IMG/VR virus record: IMGVR_UViG_3300017785_007982
Span: 1-25,920 of that record
Length of the DNA stretch: 25,920 nt
Reading direction: 5' to 3' (one strand)
Source: a virus
Lineage: Duplodnaviria; Caudoviricetes
Position 1 is the stretch's first letter, and each line of letters opens with the position of its first letter. Both the position numbers and the translations under genes were made by a program. The notes under the pieces were generated by a model. The model saw only the letters and a program-made list of their open reading frames with translations, did not search any database and had not been told where the DNA came from. Shown piece by piece: positions 17,984 to 25,920 of this stretch.

Positions 17984-18174
17984 TTAGTTTCCCTTTTTTG
18001 TAAATCTTTTAATTTATCAAGCCAAGAATGAATTTCATCGTGTTGCTCATGAGTATGAGGTCCATTAGGTATATCAGGTGCAAAATTTATCAAATTTTCA
18101 AAAGTTTCAGGTATATCTTCATATTTATTATAAGTTTCACAAATACCATTTTTTAAAATAATAAATTTGTGCAT
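17980..18174 (-). CDS. Small His-rich hypothetical protein (64 aa)
   Basis: YEDIPETFENLINFAPDIPNGPHTHEQHDEIHSW. Resembles small proteins found near PAAR genes in cyanophage-type myoviruses (from recall). Confidence 0.7.
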   Translation of the reverse strand: MHKFIILKNGICETYNKYEDIPETFENLINFAPDIPNGPHTHEQHDEIHSWLDKLKDLQKRETN

Positions 18175-18184
18175 ATTTTAACCC

Positions 18185-18997
18185 TCAGTTCAAGTCGATA
18201 CGTGGTGAAACCATTTTAATACCACCAGAGGTTATTTCAATATATGAACCCCCACCAACTTGCAATTTAATCATTGATGGATCTATAGTAATTTTTGCAT
18301 TAGAACCAACTTGTAATAAAACTTTAACATTGCTGTTTGCAATCAGATCATTTCCAGATGTCATAATGTGAAGTTTGCCAGAGGTAACTTGAAGATCGAA
18401 ATTGCCAGATTGTACGTGAGTTGCCACATCGCCGTCAGCGATAGCTCTAAAATAACTTCCTTTAACTATTTTTACATCGTCACCTTTTGTGGATGAAAGA
18501 TAATTACCAGATCTTTCTTCAACATAATCACCCTCCGACATTACATAAGAGGTTGCATCAGAGGATCCTGCAGCTTGATTATGAATAAACCCATTTTTAG
18601 ATGTCATAATACTTTGATCAGCAACAGCAATAAATTCATTTCCACCAACTTCTCTAGATATATCGCCTTCTGTAGTATCTTTTCTAGTGTCTTTAACATA
18701 AGTTTCCATGCTACCTTCACTTGTGAAGGAAGAACCACCAGTATTATAAATTCTTGACTCTTTTAATAGTGAGGTTCGAACCTCACCTTTTTTTTCGTCT
18801 GCTTGAATGGACTCATATGTTCCTGAAGATGTCCACTGTTCTTTAAAAAAAGATTTCTTAGCTTCTGAAGGATCAATTGGAGAATTAATTTGATAACCAC
18901 CACCATCTCCCGAAACATTTATTTCAAGGTATCTTGGATCTGCTTTTAATATATCTTTACCTGGATTTACTGGTAATTTTTTATTTGTATCAACCAT
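18185..18997 (-). CDS. gp5 C-terminal-like beta-helix spike protein (270 aa)
   Basis: SGTYESI motif, VxGx-type 8-residue periodicity (EGDISREVGGNE, SGNYLSSTKGDDVKIVKGSY, VQSGNFDLQV) and terminal RIDLN. Lies upstream of PAAR. Confidence 0.75.
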   Translation of the reverse strand: MVDTNKKLPVNPGKDILKADPRYLEINVSGDGGGYQINSPIDPSEAKKSFFKEQWTSSGTYESIQADEKKGEVRTSLLKESRIYNTGGSSFTSEGSMETYVKDTRKDTTEGDISREVGGNEFIAVADQSIMTSKNGFIHNQAAGSSDATSYVMSEGDYVEERSGNYLSSTKGDDVKIVKGSYFRAIADGDVATHVQSGNFDLQVTSGKLHIMTSGNDLIANSNVKVLLQVGSNAKITIDPSMIKLQVGGGSYIEITSGGIKMVSPRIDLN

Positions 18998-19014
18998 TTT
19001 ATACTTTCACAATT

Positions 19015-20328
19015 TTATATAATGTTAGAAGTTAATATTGAAGGAACTCTTACAGAAACATTAACTTTTCCTGTTGTGGTAGAAATAGAAGCAGTAACTG
19101 CAGCTATGTTTTGAGCTACAGCAGTTATGCCAATTATGTTTGTTAAACCAGTTAAAGAAGAAATATTTCCTATAGTTGCAGAAATACCAGTCAAACCACC
19201 CAAAACACTACCTAAACCTCCAAGAGAACTAAAGGAAGATGTTAGTCCTCCCATAGAGCTTGGTGGAGTTGAAGCTGACTTTAACATAGATTTCATTCTT
19301 AATAATTCAGCCATTCTTTTTTCATGTTTCGATAAAGCAGAAGTAATTGTATTTGAATCTAACACAGAATAAGGTAATTGTGCTGATTTTGTTAAATTTG
19401 AAGCTACAGAGATAAATCCTACCAAACTTGATATGAGTTGAAGTGCATTTAGGCCACCCGAGCCAGTTCCTTTGCCCATATTTTTTTCACTTGAATTAGC
19501 TTCAATTTCTGAATCTTGGTTTCTCATTAAATCGTTTAACACCTGAGGTGTTAAATTTTGGTCTCTAATGTAATTATCTAAAGTATTTATTATTTTCTGT
19601 TCAGATACAGCTAATATTTCTTGTTGAGAAAAAGTATAATATCTATCACCAATTTTTCTTTCAGTAAAAACATATTCAGTAGAATTTTGTGAACTCCATT
19701 TTATATACCCCATATTAGGATCTTCAGATTTCTCATAATATTCTTGGATATAAAGATCAGGTACTGTAGTCACAACAGGAGTCGGTTTTGGACCAATTTT
19801 TTCTACAGTTAAATAAGTTTTAATTGGAATATTATTTGGGCCAAATTCAATAGCTGCTTTAAATAAATTTGATAGTGCTTCTTCAATAACATCTCTATAA
19901 ACTTCATCAATTATTTTGATATTGTTACCTTTTAATGCTAAATCGAAAGCAGAGATAACTAAATCATAATTATATTTTTTAACTAGTACAGTAAGAGCTT
20001 GATATAAAGATTTTTCTAAAACTTTTTTCCGTGATGACTGTGAACCGCCTCCAGCAACAGCAGAAACTCTAGACATCATTGGATACATACCTTGAAGAAA
20101 AGAAGCACCATTACCAACTTGAGAAATTACACTTTGTATATCTTTAGTTCCTTTTTCTGCATCAGCAGAGGTTGGTTTATCAGCAAGTTTTGCATTATCT
20201 CTTGGTAATTCTTCGTTTTCTTTTTTATCTACTAAATATGCATATTTTGGATTAGGATCTGGAAGGCTGGTTGTTTTAGGTTTTGATATATCTATAGATG
20301 CATTTGCTGCTTCGACGCCTAATGACAT
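19015..20328 (-). CDS. Unknown 437-aa protein between the gp5 N- and C-terminal genes; Gly-rich hydrophobic C-terminus
   Basis: Long ORF with its own SD (AAAGGA). No family recognised. Confidence 0.7.
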   Translation of the reverse strand: MSLGVEAANASIDISKPKTTSLPDPNPKYAYLVDKKENEELPRDNAKLADKPTSADAEKGTKDIQSVISQVGNGASFLQGMYPMMSRVSAVAGGGSQSSRKKVLEKSLYQALTVLVKKYNYDLVISAFDLALKGNNIKIIDEVYRDVIEEALSNLFKAAIEFGPNNIPIKTYLTVEKIGPKPTPVVTTVPDLYIQEYYEKSEDPNMGYIKWSSQNSTEYVFTERKIGDRYYTFSQQEILAVSEQKIINTLDNYIRDQNLTPQVLNDLMRNQDSEIEANSSEKNMGKGTGSGGLNALQLISSLVGFISVASNLTKSAQLPYSVLDSNTITSALSKHEKRMAELLRMKSMLKSASTPPSSMGGLTSSFSSLGGLGSVLGGLTGISATIGNISSLTGLTNIIGITAVAQNIAAVTASISTTTGKVNVSVRVPSILTSNII

Positions 20329-20345
20329 TTATGATCCTTTATTTT

Positions 20346-20726
20346 TTAAGAAATTTTACCACCAGGAGAATCTGGCGCTGCTGATGATGAATTAATTTTT
20401 TTAATGCCCGACTTTTTATCCTCTTGTTGTATTCCTGTATTGTCATCTTTTTCCGCACGTATTATACACCCAATATAATACGGATATAATTTATCAGTAT
20501 CATTTTCAAGATAAACACAAATTACTCTAGCACCAATCATTGGTGCTCGTGGTTTATGACCAATACCCCCAGATGTCATTGATGTTATAGGTAATATTGG
20601 ATGCGCCCATGGTAACCCAGCATCTGGTACCTCTCTAATGTCATTATGTTTGTTATAAAATCTAACTTTAATTCTTCCTGTTCCAGAAGGGTCTCTGTTA
20701 TCTCTTACTTCACCAATGTAAAACAT
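20346..20726 (-). CDS. Stand-alone gp5 N-terminal OB-fold domain (126 aa)
   Basis: IGEVRDNRDPSGTGRIKVR...LPWAHPILPITS..GGIG..P...GARV...YPYYIG matches the gp5/VgrG OB-fold signature. Confidence 0.88.
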   Translation of the reverse strand: MFYIGEVRDNRDPSGTGRIKVRFYNKHNDIREVPDAGLPWAHPILPITSMTSGGIGHKPRAPMIGARVICVYLENDTDKLYPYYIGCIIRAEKDDNTGIQQEDKKSGIKKINSSSAAPDSPGGKIS

Positions 20727-20738
20727 TTTATTTTCCTT

Positions 20739-21983
20739 TTATGCAGAATTTCCACCAAATTCCATTCCAGCTTTTATCAATTCAAGTGTCATAACATATC
20801 TTGGATTTTCTCCAGCTCGTTTAATTACATGTTTTATAGAAACAACTAAAGCTTTTTTGTTAAATTGACCTTCTCCACCAAATTCATTCTGATCAGTTTT
20901 CTTTTGTATATCTAGTTCAACTATAGAACCAACAGATATTTTTGGATTTCCAGGAATTTGAATTTTACCATTACCCTGCGCTAAATGAGAAAGATATTGA
21001 GTTCTTTTTCTTTTAGCTTCAGAATTTGTATGTTTTTGACCATTATTAAAACCATCTTCTGCAGTCTCAACATAATATGCATGTTCTTTGCTGCTATAAC
21101 TAGATTGTTGTTTCCATGCAGGAGTTTTTGAAGGAGTATCCTCTCTATAGTTTTGGTCTACAACAGTATGAGTTGAATTGTTAAATGAAATTAATTTAGT
21201 GCCTTGACTTATAGGTCTTATTTCTGACCAAGATGGATCAAATTCAGAATATAATATAGAATTTTGTGCATCTTGTATAGAAACTCTATCTGAATTTAGT
21301 GTTGTGTTTTCTTTAAGTTTAGCAACTGGAGATTGTTCAAATAATTGTTCATAAGTTGTTTGTATAATTTTACAATTTCCATTTTTCCACTCTTGAAATA
21401 TCACGTATGCTGAAGAATCATATTGTGTTGATGTATGATGATTCATTATTTTTTGAATAACATCAATTGTATGTTCTCCACCAAATGTCATTTCTCTTGG
21501 TTCAGAAGGAGATCTAGTTTCTAATAGTTTTTCAGTTTTTATTGTTTCTTTGAATATTTTTTCAACATGAGAAGTAGTTGGTGCCATCGAAAAATGTTTC
21601 TCAACAGTAGTTTGTGCTTTGAAATATTCTTCTTGAATACCTCTTATTTGGTATGTTTTAGATTTTAAAGAACCTTCTTTGTTAGAAGAATTGTCTTTTA
21701 AATTTGTAAGTGAATGCATTTTTCCTTTAAATCCAACAATTTCTCCAGTAAGTTCATATTTAAATTTAATTTCTATTGGATTTTCGTCGTAAGAACCAGT
21801 TATTTTATATTTGTTCAAAGCGTCGATTGGATCAATTACATTTATTTCAATCAAAGGGCTTCCAAATGGATCATTAATATCTTCATATATACTAATTTCT
21901 TGAAATCCTGCTTCACTTCTTATTAAATCTAATTGTCCTATAGTCAGAACACTAAAAGATATATCACCTGGAACCAAAGCCAA
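20739..21983 (-). CDS. Baseplate hub protein (gp27-like)
   Basis: ISIYEDI near the N-terminus. C-terminal IQIPGNPKISVGSIVEL...LVVSIKHVI...MTLELIK hub motif. Lies between gp53 and gp5. TTG start. Confidence 0.75.
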   Translation of the reverse strand: MALVPGDISFSVLTIGQLDLIRSEAGFQEISIYEDINDPFGSPLIEINVIDPIDALNKYKITGSYDENPIEIKFKYELTGEIVGFKGKMHSLTNLKDNSSNKEGSLKSKTYQIRGIQEEYFKAQTTVEKHFSMAPTTSHVEKIFKETIKTEKLLETRSPSEPREMTFGGEHTIDVIQKIMNHHTSTQYDSSAYVIFQEWKNGNCKIIQTTYEQLFEQSPVAKLKENTTLNSDRVSIQDAQNSILYSEFDPSWSEIRPISQGTKLISFNNSTHTVVDQNYREDTPSKTPAWKQQSSYSSKEHAYYVETAEDGFNNGQKHTNSEAKRKRTQYLSHLAQGNGKIQIPGNPKISVGSIVELDIQKKTDQNEFGGEGQFNKKALVVSIKHVIKRAGENPRYVMTLELIKAGMEFGGNSA

Positions 21984-21985
21984 TT

Positions 21986-22864
21986 TTACTCTCCCATTAA
22001 TTCATTAAAATTATTAATAATTTGTTCAGTGTAATTTTTTTCAATAACTTTTATAGAACTATTGTAATCATTTTTTTCTTCTTCATAATCATAATATGAA
22101 ATTGCTGTATAATAATTCAACTCATCATCCGGTATATTTGTTGTAATAGAGTTTACTTCAGTTACAGAGGTATTGACAAAACTTTTTGTACCATATATGT
22201 ATCCACTAGAAATACTTAAAGTATCACTTTCATCATAAAAACCAGAAACGTGTTGAACATATATTTCTGTATTTGACGATTTAATAAATTGACCTGTACC
22301 TAAAGATATTCTATCTAAATAAATTTCAACAATTTCATCACTTATAAATGAAGTATTAGAAACAGAATAAGACATTATTCTGTTTGTGCTCGTTGTAAAA
22401 TCAATTTGTTTTCTTGAATAATCTATAATTGAATTATTCATTCCATAATTTGGTTCCCAATATTTTTTTAAATTATCAGTTAAAGTTCCATACACATTTT
22501 TGTTTATATTTTCTTGTGCTGACCAATTATTTCTGTAAAAATAAATTTTTTGTTTTGGATCAGAAACTGATCCATATTTTTTTGTAATAAATTCATTAAA
22601 TTCTACGTCATTAAGATGCCATTCATAATATGGATCATAAATTTCATTTGTTAAATATAATATCCAACTTTTATATGAATCAAGATAATATCTTGAGCTA
22701 AATTGTTCTGCTCTTTCATCGCCAATACTGATATCATATGGATAAAATATATAAGGATTTCTAGAAACTTTATCTAAAAATTTTACACGTTTTGTTATAT
22801 CAATAACATTATTATTAGAATAATTAATAATTGGGAATTTTGAGAAATATCTATCTTTTGACAT
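21986..22864 (-). CDS. gp53: Baseplate wedge subunit gp53 (extended, 292 aa)
   Basis: YFSKFPIINY...DITKRV...GDERAEQFS.RYY....WIL.LTNEIYDPYYEW...KKYG (LysM-like) and ISYYDYEEEKND...IKVI. Confidence 0.88.
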   Translation of the reverse strand: MSKDRYFSKFPIINYSNNNVIDITKRVKFLDKVSRNPYIFYPYDISIGDERAEQFSSRYYLDSYKSWILYLTNEIYDPYYEWHLNDVEFNEFITKKYGSVSDPKQKIYFYRNNWSAQENINKNVYGTLTDNLKKYWEPNYGMNNSIIDYSRKQIDFTTSTNRIMSYSVSNTSFISDEIVEIYLDRISLGTGQFIKSSNTEIYVQHVSGFYDESDTLSISSGYIYGTKSFVNTSVTEVNSITTNIPDDELNYYTAISYYDYEEEKNDYNSSIKVIEKNYTEQIINNFNELMGE

Positions 22865-22875
22865 TTTTTTTCCGA

Positions 22876-23721
22876 TTAATATGGTTTACCATCAGCATTC
22901 CTATACCAAAGTTTAATTTCTGTAAACGCTACTGTTAATGCTATGACTGTAGGAGCTCCAGAGGTAAATCTAGTTTCTTCAAAGAAAGATGGTCCGTTTG
23001 ATGTATAATTTGCAGAAATTCCTGTTACTGCCATTGGTTTAAAAATAATATGATTGTTTAAATTATTAGGATACATTTTAACCATTGCAATAAGAGGATA
23101 ATCTTGAAATGGAAATCCAAAAGAAGGTAAAGAAGCTCCTTTAATTATATCTATAATATCTTTAACAGTTGCAGATTCTTGTTCATTTTTTGGAGCTAAA
23201 TCCCATTCAAATGCAAACTCTCTAAAATTTTGATTATTAAATTGTTGAAATAATAATGGATTTAGTGCTTTGCCAGCTAATGCTAATCCAGCTCCTGCTA
23301 ATGAACCAGCTGCAGTTAATGCACTTGAAAGACCTGGAGCTATATTGCTCAATGATCTACCAGCAAGTTGCAAAACAGATTGATTTTGCCAACTTAAAGT
23401 TAGCCTATCGTTAACTTTAGTTGGAATAGGTAATCTTATAGCTGTTGAACCACTACTTGCAAATGATGATTCAGCACCACCGCCTGTAAGAACATCAGGA
23501 ATTAGATTGTTTAAATTGTTAAACAAATCAGTTATAGATGTGGGTAATGCGGATAATGGATTATTAACATTTTTATAACTAGCAGTTGTAAACTTTTGAA
23601 AAAATATTTCTGTATAATAGTTTCTTTTATTAGCTTGCAAATCATTTGGCATGCTAAGAAATCTGAACTGTTTTTGTGGTGGAATAGGAAAATTAGGTGC
23701 ATCAGTAAAAACAGAAAACAT
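22876..23721 (-). CDS. gp48: Baseplate tail-tube cap gp48
   Basis: IRLPIP..VND...W, NP...QF....FREFAFEWDLAPKNEQES..V..II, I..NYT.NG...G.P....LTVAFTEI. Confidence 0.85.
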   Translation of the reverse strand: MFSVFTDAPNFPIPPQKQFRFLSMPNDLQANKRNYYTEIFFQKFTTASYKNVNNPLSALPTSITDLFNNLNNLIPDVLTGGGAESSFASSGSTAIRLPIPTKVNDRLTLSWQNQSVLQLAGRSLSNIAPGLSSALTAAGSLAGAGLALAGKALNPLLFQQFNNQNFREFAFEWDLAPKNEQESATVKDIIDIIKGASLPSFGFPFQDYPLIAMVKMYPNNLNNHIIFKPMAVTGISANYTSNGPSFFEETRFTSGAPTVIALTVAFTEIKLWYRNADGKPY

Positions 23722-23731
23722 TTTTATCCTT

Positions 23732-23739
23732 TATAAATA
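23732..23739 (+). promoter_or_regulatory. T4-type late promoter TATAAATA for the gp4-gp2 unit
   Basis: Exact consensus 40 nt upstream of the gp4 ATG. Confidence 0.8.
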
Positions 23740-23761
23740 TACATTATAGGCTTTAACCCAT

Positions 23762-23769
23762 TATTTATA
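23762..23769 (-). promoter_or_regulatory. T4-type late promoter TATAAATA for the gp48 baseplate unit
   Basis: tatttata on + is the exact consensus on -, 41 nt upstream of the gp48 ATG. SD AAGGA lies before that ATG. Confidence 0.8.
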
Positions 23770-23778
23770 TATAAAAAT

Positions 23779-24219
23779 ATGACAAAATACCAAGGTTTTT
23801 TTAAACCTAAAAATCCTCAAAAATATAAAGGCGATCCTACAAATGTTATTTATAGGTCAAGTTGGGAATTAAAACTTATGTTTTATTTAGATAATCATTC
23901 AGATGTTATTAGCTGGTGTTCAGAAGAAATAATTATACCATACAGATCTCCTATAGATGGTAAAATACACAGATATTTTCCTGATTTTAAAGTCACTAAA
24001 ATAAATAAAGATGGTAAAAAAGAAACTGCTATAATAGAAGTTAAACCATTAAAACAAACTATGCCTCCACAAACAAAAGAAAAAATGTCAAAAAAATACC
24101 TTACTGAAGTTAAAAATTGGGGCGTTAATGACTCTAAATGGAAAGCAGCTAAAGAATTTTGTAAAGACAGAGGTTGGTCTTTTTATATATTTACAGAAAA
24201 AGAATTAGGAATTAAATAA
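23779..24219 (+). CDS. gp4: Head completion nuclease gp4 (TnsA-N-like PD-(D/E)xK)
   Basis: ATG ACA AAA TAC reads on + at 23779, so the track strand label is wrong. Motifs FKPKNPQKYKGD...YRSSWE...W.SEE..IPY.SPIDG..HRYFPDF...IEVKP..QT...N..KW.AA...TEKEL. Confidence 0.95.
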   Translation: MTKYQGFFKPKNPQKYKGDPTNVIYRSSWELKLMFYLDNHSDVISWCSEEIIIPYRSPIDGKIHRYFPDFKVTKINKDGKKETAIIEVKPLKQTMPPQTKEKMSKKYLTEVKNWGVNDSKWKAAKEFCKDRGWSFYIFTEKELGIK

Positions 24220-24785
24220 TGGTAGATGATCATGATCTGTTTATAGAAAAGCTCACATATGCTAGACAAAATATACAGGAATCTCTAAAACAGGCTGGTG
24301 ATTTTTTTAAAGACAAAGTACAAAAATTAAAAAATCCTTTAAAAGTATTTTTCCAATCAGCCACTCCGACTGTAGGAAATATGTATATGTTTTCTTATGA
24401 TCCAAAATATAAAAATGTTCTTCCATATTATGATGCACACCCATTAGTGTTTCCTGTAGAATTTTATAGTAATGGGTTTTTGGGTATTAATCTTCATTAT
24501 CTTCCTCCCATAGCAAGAGCCTCTTTAATGAGCAAATTAAAAAAACTTTCTAGTGATGATAAATATAATGAAAAAACAAAATTAAATATATCTTATGAAA
24601 TAATTGTATCTTACTCTCGACAATTTTCTGGTATTGAGGGGTGTATAAAAAGATACCTTTACGCTAATGTAAGAAGTCAATTTCATCAAGTTTTTGCTGA
24701 AGATTGGGATAAAACTGTAATGCTTCCATTACAAAGATGGATTGTAAATCCAAACAAAAAATATGCTAACTCTCCTCCATACTGA
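24219..24785 (+). CDS. gp2: DNA end protector protein gp2
   Basis: ATG at 24219 on + overlaps the gp4 TAA. Motifs G.MYMFSYDPKYK..LPYYD.HPL......GFLGINLHYLPP..R, CIKRYL...VRS. Confidence 0.93.
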   Translation: MVDDHDLFIEKLTYARQNIQESLKQAGDFFKDKVQKLKNPLKVFFQSATPTVGNMYMFSYDPKYKNVLPYYDAHPLVFPVEFYSNGFLGINLHYLPPIARASLMSKLKKLSSDDKYNEKTKLNISYEIIVSYSRQFSGIEGCIKRYLYANVRSQFHQVFAEDWDKTVMLPLQRWIVNPNKKYANSPPY

Positions 24786-24797
24786 GTAACAAAAAAA

Positions 24798-25445
24798 ATG
24801 GCATTTAACATAGAATCAATAAGACAAAATATATCTAGTTTAGGATATGCAAAAAGAAACAAATTTGAAGTTTTTATTCAAGCCCCAAAAATTTTAGAAA
24901 ATTCTTTATTAAATGTTTTTGGTAGAGAAATAAATGTTTTTAATTTAAACCGTATACTAAGATACAGAATTGAACAAGTTGATGTTCCTGGAGTTTCATT
25001 ACTTTCTTCAGATGTAAGGTTATACGGTGTTGGCCCAACTCAAAAAATGCCATATAATGCTCAGTATTTGGATACGACATTTTCTATTCTTTTAGACAGA
25101 AACACTGATATTTGGGATTTTTGGTACAATTGGATAAATTCAATTGTTAATTTCAATGGCGCAGAAAGTTCAGAAAATAGTTTATTTTTTAGTGGAACAT
25201 TACCATCGTATAGTGTAAAATACAAAGATGATTATTCTACAAATATGATGATTGTAATGTATGACGATCAAGGCAACGAAATAAAAAAAATTAATTTGTA
25301 TAATGCTTTTCCATCTTCGATTAAGCAAATACCCCTCTCTTGGGATGATAACACAAATTTGTTAAGAATATCAGTTTCTATAACATATTCATCATATACA
25401 GTTGTAGGATCTGGATTTTCTGATTTTTTAAATTTTTCATTTTAA
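24798..25445 (+). CDS. Tail-tube-fold protein: gp54-like baseplate-tube initiator (gp19 family)
   Basis: ATG at 24798 on +. Motifs G.A..NKFEV, V.VPG..L, KMPY...Y, F..W.N.I, YKDDY, LYNAFP.SI..I.LSWD. Confidence 0.8.
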   Translation: MAFNIESIRQNISSLGYAKRNKFEVFIQAPKILENSLLNVFGREINVFNLNRILRYRIEQVDVPGVSLLSSDVRLYGVGPTQKMPYNAQYLDTTFSILLDRNTDIWDFWYNWINSIVNFNGAESSENSLFFSGTLPSYSVKYKDDYSTNMMIVMYDDQGNEIKKINLYNAFPSSIKQIPLSWDDNTNLLRISVSITYSSYTVVGSGFSDFLNFSF

Positions 25446-25490
25446 CTCTAAAATTAACACCAATAAACATATTATAGAAGTGAGGACATT

Positions 25491-25920
25491 ATGTTACCTA
25501 AAATTGAACATCCAATTTATAAAATAAAAATACCTTCTTTACAAAAAAATTACAATTTTAGACCTTTATTGGTTAAAGAAGAAAAAATATTGTTAATGGC
25601 TAAAGAAAGCAAAAATAATTTTGATATTTTTGTTGCAATTAAACAAATTGTTACAAACTGTTGTGTTGATGTTAATTTAGATATTAATAAATTAGCTGTT
25701 TTTGATTTAGAATACATTTTTTTAAAAATTAGATGTTTTTCAGTTGATAGTATTGTAAAAATTAGTTATAAAGATCAAGAAGATAATCAAATTTATGATT
25801 TTGAAATTGATTTAAATGAAATTGAAGTTATTTTTCCTAGTGAAAAAAATGACAAAATTATTAAAATAACAAAAAATGTTGGATTAATTTTAAAATATCC
25901 ATCCGCATCTCTTTATGAAG
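25491..25920 (+). CDS. gp26: Baseplate hub assembly protein gp26, 5' part (runs off right edge; not in ORF track)
   Basis: SD GAGGA at 25482-25486. Manual translation MLPKIEHPIYKIKIPSLQKNYNFRPLLVKEEKILLMAKES...L.VFDLEYIFLKIR..SV matches the gp26 signature. Confidence 0.9.
   Translation, partial: MLPKIEHPIYKIKIPSLQKNYNFRPLLVKEEKILLMAKESKNNFDIFVAIKQIVTNCCVDVNLDINKLAVFDLEYIFLKIRCFSVDSIVKISYKDQEDNQIYDFEIDLNEIEVIFPSEKNDKIIKITKNVGLILKYPSASLYE

Noticed and set aside
18998-20345. Stop-codon recoding or an intron/homing endonuclease explaining the split gp5
   Set aside because: The stops are TAA and both gaps are 17 nt (out of frame). The middle ORF lacks HNH, GIY-YIG and LAGLIDADG motifs. Other genes read normally in the standard code.
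3357-21926. Thirteen short plus-strand ORFs in the track (e.g. 7956-8399, 11950-12471, 19127-19372)
   Set aside because: All are antisense to well-supported structural genes and show the V/L/P/E-rich or F/I-rich composition expected of shadow frames. No recognisable motifs.
23779-24219. TnsA-like nuclease as evidence of a Tn7-type transposon
   Set aside because: Motifs and context beside gp2 identify it as T4 gp4 head-completion protein. No other transposition genes or transposon ends.

Overview
An AT-rich segment of a large T4-like myovirus genome with cyanophage-type baseplate architecture, made up entirely of late virion-morphogenesis genes. The long minus-strand unit, in transcription order, is: gp48, gp53, gp27-like hub, a gp5 spike apparently split into three genes (OB-fold / unknown 437-aa protein / beta-helix), two small proteins, PAAR (gp5.4), gp25, gp6, gp7, a gp9/gp10-type short fibre, gp8, a 2082-aa VrlC/DUF4815 protein, several small adaptors and two tail fibres. 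The last fibre runs off the left edge in a 45-bp tandem repeat. A divergent plus-strand unit holds gp4, gp2, a gp54/gp19-like tube protein and a partial gp26. The supplied ORF track labels the first three of these '-', but their ATG and stop codons read on '+'. T4 late promoters (TATAAATA) lie at the divergence point and before the 436-aa fibre. The most interesting signals are: (1) apparent enrichment of N-X-S/T sequons in fibre proteins, suggesting an N-glycosylated virion; (2) the tripartite gp5 with a novel, possibly membrane-active protein where T4 has lysozyme; (3) a possible daisy-chain fibre assembly through C-terminal LDGGTF peptides; (4) a palindrome-rich leader at the TTG start of the last fibre. 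All family assignments come from motif recognition and synteny, not database searches, and all counts are manual.
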